DNA of 64,000 bases from Clostridia bacterium. Lineage in GTDB: Bacteria; Bacillota; Clostridia; Oscillospirales; CAG-382. The translations under genes were made by a program, and so were the position numbers. The notes under the pieces are model-generated. The model made no database searches. It was not told the DNA's origin and was given only the letters and a program-made list of their open reading frames with translations. The stretch spans positions 19,003 through 83,002 of the forward strand of contig JAFXBC010000044.1 in assembly GCA_017516825.1 (NCBI GenBank), read 5' to 3'. Below, piece after piece: positions 58,956 through 64,000 of the stretch; the first letter of the stretch is position 1; every line of letters begins with the position of its first letter.

Positions 58956-59317
58956 AGCCCCTCCACGGTGGTTTTGTAATACTGTTCTTGAAAACGGATG
59001 GCGTCGGCCATCTGTTTTTCGTTGTAAGACATTCCCTCCGGTGCGGCGATGAGCTTGTCCTCCACGTCGTTTTCACGGTGGGCGATACCGATGACCATAA
59101 CGGTGCATTCTTTTACGGGGGTGTCGATGCCCAGGACGTACACGTCCAGCTCTTCCCCGTCGCCGCCTAAGACGCCGGGAATATAGCCGTAATTGATGGG
59201 ATAATGAAGGTCGTATTTTTCCTTGTGGTGGATATAACCGATGGGACGGTCGATCTCCACCCGGACAGCCTTTCCCAGGTAGGAGCGGACTTGCGCTTTG
59301 CGTTCTTCGTAGGTCAT
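58952..59317 (-). CDS. Short inorganic-pyrophosphatase-like protein (family I fold, truncated)
   Basis: YPINYGYIPG and GGDGEELDVYVLG resemble the PPase motifs YPxNYGFIP and DGDPxDVLV. AAGGAGGG RBS before MTYEERK. Only 121 aa. Confidence 0.7.
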   Translation of the reverse strand: MTYEERKAQVRSYLGKAVRVEIDRPIGYIHHKEKYDLHYPINYGYIPGVLGGDGEELDVYVLGIDTPVKECTVMVIGIAHRENDVEDKLIAAPEGMSYNEKQMADAIRFQEQYYKTTVEGL

Positions 59318-59393
59318 AAAAGCCCTCCTTTGTTTTTCGCAAGGGTAGTTTACCACTTTGGGGAAATGATGTCAAGAGGGAGATCTGAAAAGG

Positions 59394-59768
59394 TTACAGA
59401 AGGTAGCGGATGACATAATAGATCACGTAAACCCAGCCGAACAGGCCGTGAAGGATGGCCCAGCCGATGGATTTCCATTCCACGTAGGAGATGACGATGG
59501 CCAAGGCAGAGCCGAAGGAAAGCCCCTCGGTGACGGTCTTTTTGTTTATATTGTTCACGATTGTGAATTTACGGCGCTCGCCGTAGATCAGTTCCTCCAC
59601 GGAGCATTCCAGGGCGCAGGCGATCTTGTGAAGGGTCTCCACGTCCGGTTGGGTCTTTTCGTTTTCCCAGCTTGAAACGGCCTGGCGGGTGACGTTCAGT
59701 TGCTCGGCAAGCTGTTCCTGGGTAAGGTTCTTTTGTTCGCGGAAGGCTTTGATGTTTTTGCCCACCAT
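59394..59768 (-). CDS. XRE-family HTH regulator with C-terminal membrane segments
   Basis: HTH NLTQEQLAEQLNVTRQAVSSWENEKTQP, then two hydrophobic helices. Start taken at MVGKNIKAF. Confidence 0.8.
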   Translation of the reverse strand: MVGKNIKAFREQKNLTQEQLAEQLNVTRQAVSSWENEKTQPDVETLHKIACALECSVEELIYGERRKFTIVNNINKKTVTEGLSFGSALAIVISYVEWKSIGWAILHGLFGWVYVIYYVIRYLL

Positions 59769-59864
59769 AAAAAGATCACATCCTTTCTTTTTTCGGTTAC
59801 AGAATAGCACAAATAGCGGCAAAATGCAAGCAATGATCTGTTGCGAAGGGAGATTTATATACAA

Positions 59865-59921
59865 AAGAACCTTTCTTTTCGGAAAAAGAAAGGTTCTTAA
59901 GATTACGGGATCCCAAAGGGA
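59865..59921 (+). repeat. Intergenic hairpin-plus-tail repeat, copy 4
   Basis: AAGAACCTTTCTTTT-cgga-AAAAGAAAGGTTCTT followed by AAGATTACGGGATCCCAAAGGGA. Compared with copies 1-2 the tail carries a short insertion, and the outer TT of the stem is lost. Confidence 0.8.
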
Positions 59922-59968
59922 CGGAGTTCCTTTGGCGGGGGGGAGGGGGCGGCGCCCCCTTAAGCTCC

Positions 59969-61249
59969 TTAACCGTGATGCTCTTTGGCGATCTTGCCGC
60001 GGGCGCTGACCTTCTCCTCAGGCTTGATCTCCCCTGCCTTCAGCAGAGAAATCTTAGTGAGGAAGGGGCCTACCAGCTCGTAGATCAAAACGGAGAATAG
60101 AGTGATGTTGGCAACGATCATACCGGGAGCTCCCAAGGTCTCCGCCTTCATGGCCATACCCAAGGCAACGCCTGCCTGAGGGAACAGGGTGATACCCAGG
60201 TACTTGATGATGTTGGGATCGCACTTGGTCCAGGCGGAGCTCATGCGGGCGCCGAAGTACTTACCCAGACAGCGGGAAGCGATATAGACCACGCCGATGA
60301 GGACCACCAGCCAATCGGTGAACACGGAAAGCTCCAGCTCTGCGCCGCTAATGACGAAGAACAGGATAAAGAGGGGGGCCGTCCATCTGTCCAGACGGTC
60401 CATCAGCTCCTCGGAGAAATCGCAGAAGTTGCAGAACACGGTACCCAGCATCATGCATACCAGCAGAGAGGAGAAGGCAACGTGAACACCGCCGATCTCA
60501 AACTCCAGCATAGACAAGGCAACAGTGAGAAGGACAAAAGTGACAGACATGGCGAGACGCTTGGAGCGGGAATGAAAGAACCGCTCGAAGAAGGTAAATA
60601 CCATACCCATCACAAAGCCCAGGCCAAGGGAAAGGATCACTTCCAGCAGAGGCTCTACCACCACGGAGAGAAGATCCACGCTGCCGCTGATCAACGCCTT
60701 TGCAACACCGAAGGAGCAGGCGAACAATACCAGACCCACGGCGTCATCCAGAGCGACCACGGGAAGCAAGACGTCGGTAACGGAGCCTTTGGCCTTATAC
60801 TGACGAACGACCATCAGAGTTGCGGCGGGAGCGGTTGCGGAAGCCACGGCACCGAGGATGATGGCGGCGGGCAGGGGCAACAGATCGGGAATGAGGAAAT
60901 GCAAGCCGATGAGGGCGGCATCCACCAGGATGGTGGCGAATACGGCCTGCCAGATACCGATGATGGTGGCCTTTTTACCGATCTGCTTCAATTGAGACAG
61001 ACGGAATTCGTTACCGATGGAGAATGCGATAAAGCCCAGGGCCACATCGGGGATGAGAGAATAGGTCTCGATATCCTCCATGCTCACAAAGCCCAAGCCT
61101 TCTACGCCAAAGGCCCCCAAAAGATAAGGCCCGATGAGGATGCCGGCAACCAGATAAGCGGTAACGGCGGGCAAATGGACCAGCTTGGCAAGACGGGACA
61201 GCATCAGCCCCGCAAACAAGGCTATGGAAAGACAAAGCAGGATCTGCAT
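59969..61249 (-). CDS. Cation:proton antiporter (CPA/Kef-type Na+/H+ exchanger family)
   Basis: About 12 TMs. The N-terminus MQILLCLSIALFAGLMLSRLAKLVHLPAVTAYLVAGILIGP is typical of CPA2. GGAGGC RBS before the ATG at 61249. Confidence 0.85.
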   Translation of the reverse strand: MQILLCLSIALFAGLMLSRLAKLVHLPAVTAYLVAGILIGPYLLGAFGVEGLGFVSMEDIETYSLIPDVALGFIAFSIGNEFRLSQLKQIGKKATIIGIWQAVFATILVDAALIGLHFLIPDLLPLPAAIILGAVASATAPAATLMVVRQYKAKGSVTDVLLPVVALDDAVGLVLFACSFGVAKALISGSVDLLSVVVEPLLEVILSLGLGFVMGMVFTFFERFFHSRSKRLAMSVTFVLLTVALSMLEFEIGGVHVAFSSLLVCMMLGTVFCNFCDFSEELMDRLDRWTAPLFILFFVISGAELELSVFTDWLVVLIGVVYIASRCLGKYFGARMSSAWTKCDPNIIKYLGITLFPQAGVALGMAMKAETLGAPGMIVANITLFSVLIYELVGPFLTKISLLKAGEIKPEEKVSARGKIAKEHHG

Positions 61250-61354
61250 AGTATGCCTCCAGCAAACAAAAGTAAAATGCAAAGCATCCTTATCGCTTTG
61301 CATTTTCAATGGCAGTATAGTCTTTTTGCATCCGTTTGTCAATCGGTTTTTTGT

Positions 61355-61404
61355 AGAAAAAACACAGAAAAGCACCCCCGAATTTGTTGATAATTCAGGG
61401 GTGC
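61355..61404 (-). terminator. Rho-independent terminator after the surface-protein gene
   Basis: Minus-strand stem GCACCCCTGAATT / AATTCGGGGGTGC (one mismatch) followed by TTTTCTGTGTTTTTT. Confidence 0.75.
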
Positions 61405-61435
61405 GGCAGATTATGCGGTTAAGAGTCGCTAAAGA

Positions 61436-62611
61436 TTACTTTCTCTTACGGATGATGACCACAACGATCACTGCAATAACGACAACGCCAAGCGCCACGC
61501 CTACGATGATGCCGATGGGAGCACCGTCTTCAGCGGGAGCGGGAGCAGAGGTCTGGGGAGCAGAGGTAGAAGGAGCGGGAGCGGAGGTCTGCTGTTCCTC
61601 GGAGGACTCTGCGGGCTCTTCGGAGGATTCCTCTTCCTCGGAGGACTCTGCAGGTTCTTCGGAGGACTCCTCCTCAGAGGACTCGGGAGCTTCCTCTTCT
61701 GCCTTGTAGATCTCCAGCCAACCGTCTGCATACGCGAAGGTGTAGACTTCGTTGGTTACGGGAATGGTCTGGTTGAAGATGGGAGCCATGCTGGTCAGAT
61801 CCTCGTAAACGTCGAACAGCTCCTGGTTGCCGGTGTTGGAGGTATTGTAGTAGAAGGTGAAGGCGAAGCCGCCTGCGGGGATGGTGATCTCGTTCTGAGC
61901 AGAGTCGTCTACGGAAGCGAAGATCAGGTTGTTACCTGCTTCCAGAGGCTTGCCGTCCTTGTCGCAAACCACGATGTAGGAATAGCGGAGGTTACCCTCG
62001 GAGGATTCCAGAACGCGGTCCTCCTCACCTGCGGGGTAAACGTAGAGCTGACCGTCCACGTCGCCCTCGTCGATGGCAACGCCGTTTTCCTCGGTAATGG
62101 GCATATTCAGCCAAACGTTGGAATCGGACTTGCTGTGGATCACAAAGCCTGCGTTCTCCAGCTTTACGTGGCCTTCTGCGCCGCGGATAGCGTCCAGATC
62201 CACGTTGAACAGCTCGATCTCATCGCCAACCTTGGCGGATGCCAGGATGTCGTAGCCTGCCTTGGCACCGTTCAGACCGATGATGTAGCCGTATTCGGGG
62301 CAAACCATATCGGACTTGATACCGTCGGGTCTGCCCAGGGTCATGTTGATCTCAACGATACGGTCAAAGCCGTCCACAACGGCAACTGCGAAATAGTTCA
62401 TATCCTTAGCCTCGCCATGACCCAGAGCGGTGAGCTCATCAACGGTCATGTTATCGCCGGCAAGGATCACGAAGTAGCTGTCGTGAATATAGCCTGCATA
62501 GTCCAGCACGGTTGCGTTCGCGGGGAGCTCATCGCCCTCAGCGGAAGGAACCAGCACCAGCATACCTGCTACCATCAGCACGGCAACGAGGAGAGAAAAG
62601 ATGCGTTTCAT
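61436..62611 (-). CDS. Hypothetical type-I membrane / surface protein with acidic Ser/Glu repeats
   Basis: Signal peptide MKRIFSLLVAVLMVAGMLVLVPSAEG, a domain of about 290 aa with no recognised family, ESSEEPAESSEE repeats, (T/Q)SAP repeats, a TM segment and an RKRK stop-transfer. Upstream ATGs at 62620 and 62629 are possible. Confidence 0.7.
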   Translation of the reverse strand: MKRIFSLLVAVLMVAGMLVLVPSAEGDELPANATVLDYAGYIHDSYFVILAGDNMTVDELTALGHGEAKDMNYFAVAVVDGFDRIVEINMTLGRPDGIKSDMVCPEYGYIIGLNGAKAGYDILASAKVGDEIELFNVDLDAIRGAEGHVKLENAGFVIHSKSDSNVWLNMPITEENGVAIDEGDVDGQLYVYPAGEEDRVLESSEGNLRYSYIVVCDKDGKPLEAGNNLIFASVDDSAQNEITIPAGGFAFTFYYNTSNTGNQELFDVYEDLTSMAPIFNQTIPVTNEVYTFAYADGWLEIYKAEEEAPESSEEESSEEPAESSEEEESSEEPAESSEEQQTSAPAPSTSAPQTSAPAPAEDGAPIGIIVGVALGVVVIAVIVVVIIRKRK

Positions 62612-62782
62612 AGGTTTCATAGCCTCCATGAAAAAAAGATTTGATGTCTTCGTCTGCGCTGATTATACCAAACCGAAATGGAAATTGCAAGTGGTTTTGA
62701 GCATTTTTTACATTTTCATGACAAGTATTCAAGAAACGGCAAAAAAGAAGCCTCCGGAGAAGGGAAGCTTCCTCAAAAAAAC

Positions 62783-63631
62783 TTATTTACGGATGAACAG
62801 GACGCCTAAGGTATTTCTGCCGCAATGGGAGGAAATGGTGCATCCCGCACGGGTGATATGGACGTTGGCATCGGGGGCGATGGACTTCACCTTTTCCGCA
62901 CAGGCACGGTAGATGGCTTCGTCACACCCCGCGTGGGTGATGAAGATATGGTCAAGCTCCACGGCGGAGGCGTCGCCAAGCTGATCCTCGATGTATTTGA
63001 GCAATACGGCAGCAAATTTTCCGCGGTATTTCTTACCCACGCCCATCTTCCCCTCATGAACGGTGATACAGGGCTTGAGCTGTAAAAGATTGGCACCGAT
63101 GGCCGCCACGGCGGAGCATCTGCCCCCTTTGTACAGGAACTCCAGATCGTCCACGATAAAGGAAGCGCTGACCTTGGGGGTCAAGGCTTTGCAATATTCC
63201 GCGATCTCGGCAGCGGACTTCCCTGCCTTGATCATCTCCCCTGCGGTGACCACCAGAAGGCCCCCTCCCGTGGAGAGGTTACGGGTATCCACCACGTAGA
63301 CGTTCTCGAAGGATTGTGCCGCCAGGCGGGCATTGTTGTAGGTGGAGGACATCTCCGCGCTGATGGTGAAGAAGATGACGGCACTGCCGTCGGCGGTATG
63401 CTTTTCGAAGAAGCTGTAGAAATCCGCCATATTGGGTGCGGCGGTCTTGGGAAGCTCCTCGGTCTGCTCGTAGTGGCGGTAGATGGTATCGGGATCTATC
63501 TCCGTGCCGTCGGCGTAGGACTTCCCTCCCAGCGCGACAGTCAAAGGAAGGATCTGCAGGTCATAACGGGCGATCAGCTGGGCATTCAGGTCGGTGGTGC
63601 TGTCGCTGGCGAGGACGATGTTTTGTTTCAT
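62783..63631 (-). CDS. DegV-family fatty-acid-binding protein
   Basis: MKQNIVLASDSTTDL... (DegV N-terminal signature). 282 aa. Confidence 0.88.
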   Translation of the reverse strand: MKQNIVLASDSTTDLNAQLIARYDLQILPLTVALGGKSYADGTEIDPDTIYRHYEQTEELPKTAAPNMADFYSFFEKHTADGSAVIFFTISAEMSSTYNNARLAAQSFENVYVVDTRNLSTGGGLLVVTAGEMIKAGKSAAEIAEYCKALTPKVSASFIVDDLEFLYKGGRCSAVAAIGANLLQLKPCITVHEGKMGVGKKYRGKFAAVLLKYIEDQLGDASAVELDHIFITHAGCDEAIYRACAEKVKSIAPDANVHITRAGCTISSHCGRNTLGVLFIRK

Positions 63632-63725
63632 AACCGTTTTCCCTTCGTAGAGCATTTTTTTGGCACGGTGTGTGCTGACAATTCTATTATACCACAAGTT
63701 TCATTCTTCGTCAAGATGGGAATTG

Positions 63726-64000
63726 TTAAATCTCATCCGTTTCCTTTTCCCGATACTCCTGAACACCTACGATGGCGATCAGCTCCGCCTTGGTCTTCTT
63801 CTCGTCGCTTGTGGAGTAGCGGACGTGGAGGATATCCCCCTCGCGGATCTCCTTGCCGCCGTGCTCATCCACCTCGGCGCGGCGTTTTTCGTCGTGCTTC
63901 AGGGAGAGAACGAACAGGTTAGCGGGCCAGAAGATATCGCGGATCTGCTTGCCCACGGCAAAGGCGTTCTCTTGGACGGTGACGAAGGTATCGATCACCT
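63726..64000 (-). CDS. C-terminal part of an RCK_C/TrkA-C-domain protein; the gene continues beyond the window
   Basis: The pattern GKQIRDI.WP....VLSLKH......V......I.EGD.L.V is typical of TrkA-C domains. The frame is open to the window end. Confidence 0.5.
   Translation of the reverse strand, partial: VIDTFVTVQENAFAVGKQIRDIFWPANLFVLSLKHDEKRRAEVDEHGGKEIREGDILHVRYSTSDEKKTKAELIAIVGVQEYREKETDEI

Noticed and set aside
59922-59968. G-rich tract GGCGGGGGGGAGGGGGCGGCGCCCCC as a G-quadruplex or novel element.
   Set aside because: It is most simply a short GC hairpin (GGGGGC-ggc-GCCCCC) plus a CCAAAGG/CCTTTGG mini-hairpin just 3' of the antiporter stop. It occurs only once, and nothing beyond terminator-like structure is supported.

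Overview
Core-chromosome window from a high-GC Firmicutes/Clostridia-type genome; the taxon is inferred from gene order and protein signatures only. It is almost fully coding. From 1 to 10.6 kb on the + strand lies the conserved priA-def-fmt-rsmB-rlmN-stp-prkC-rsgA cluster, followed by a pssA-like gene. From 10.7 to 15.5 kb on the - strand are a small membrane protein, an RluA-family pseudouridine synthase, nagB, a class-A beta-lactamase-fold lipoprotein and a ~456-aa orphan. From 15.6 to 31.0 kb on the - strand is a complete, uninterrupted S10-spc-alpha ribosomal superoperon of 32 genes (rpsJ to rplQ, including secY, adk, map, a KOW protein, infA, rpmJ and rpoA). It has a near-consensus sigma-A promoter and a leader of about 180 nt. 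From 31.3 to 35.5 kb are a TSCPD mini-protein, phosphoglucomutase, a Zn-ribbon tail-anchored protein and a HAD-IIA phosphatase. From 35.5 to 45.7 kb on the - strand is one tightly packed gene string: LRR lipoprotein, alaS, HIT, comEC, holA, Toprim/DUF4093, mtaB and an orphan. From 45.8 to 64 kb the content is mixed: an AGE epimerase, a small TM protein with an ECF sigma and a beta-propeller membrane protein, radC, a sufC/sufBD-like pair, DUF1294, a cytidylate-kinase-like protein, a soluble ABC-type ATPase, two coupled membrane proteins, an esterase, azlCD, a short PPase-like protein, an XRE regulator, a cation/H+ antiporter, an acidic-repeat surface protein, degV and a partial RCK_C gene. I found no rRNA, tRNA, CRISPR array, transposase, integrase or phage genes, and no recognisable defence island. 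The points worth a second look are modest. (1) A dispersed hairpin-plus-tail intergenic repeat occurs in 4 copies, one carrying a compensatory stem change. (2) The class-A beta-lactamase-fold lipoprotein has CTIK in place of STxK. (3) infA appears to need a CUG initiation codon. (4) Several orphan or poorly characterised membrane and Zn-ribbon gene sets are present. (5) alaS has no T-box leader and sits 23 nt behind an LRR lipoprotein gene. The many long antisense ORFs in the six-frame track are high-GC artefacts.
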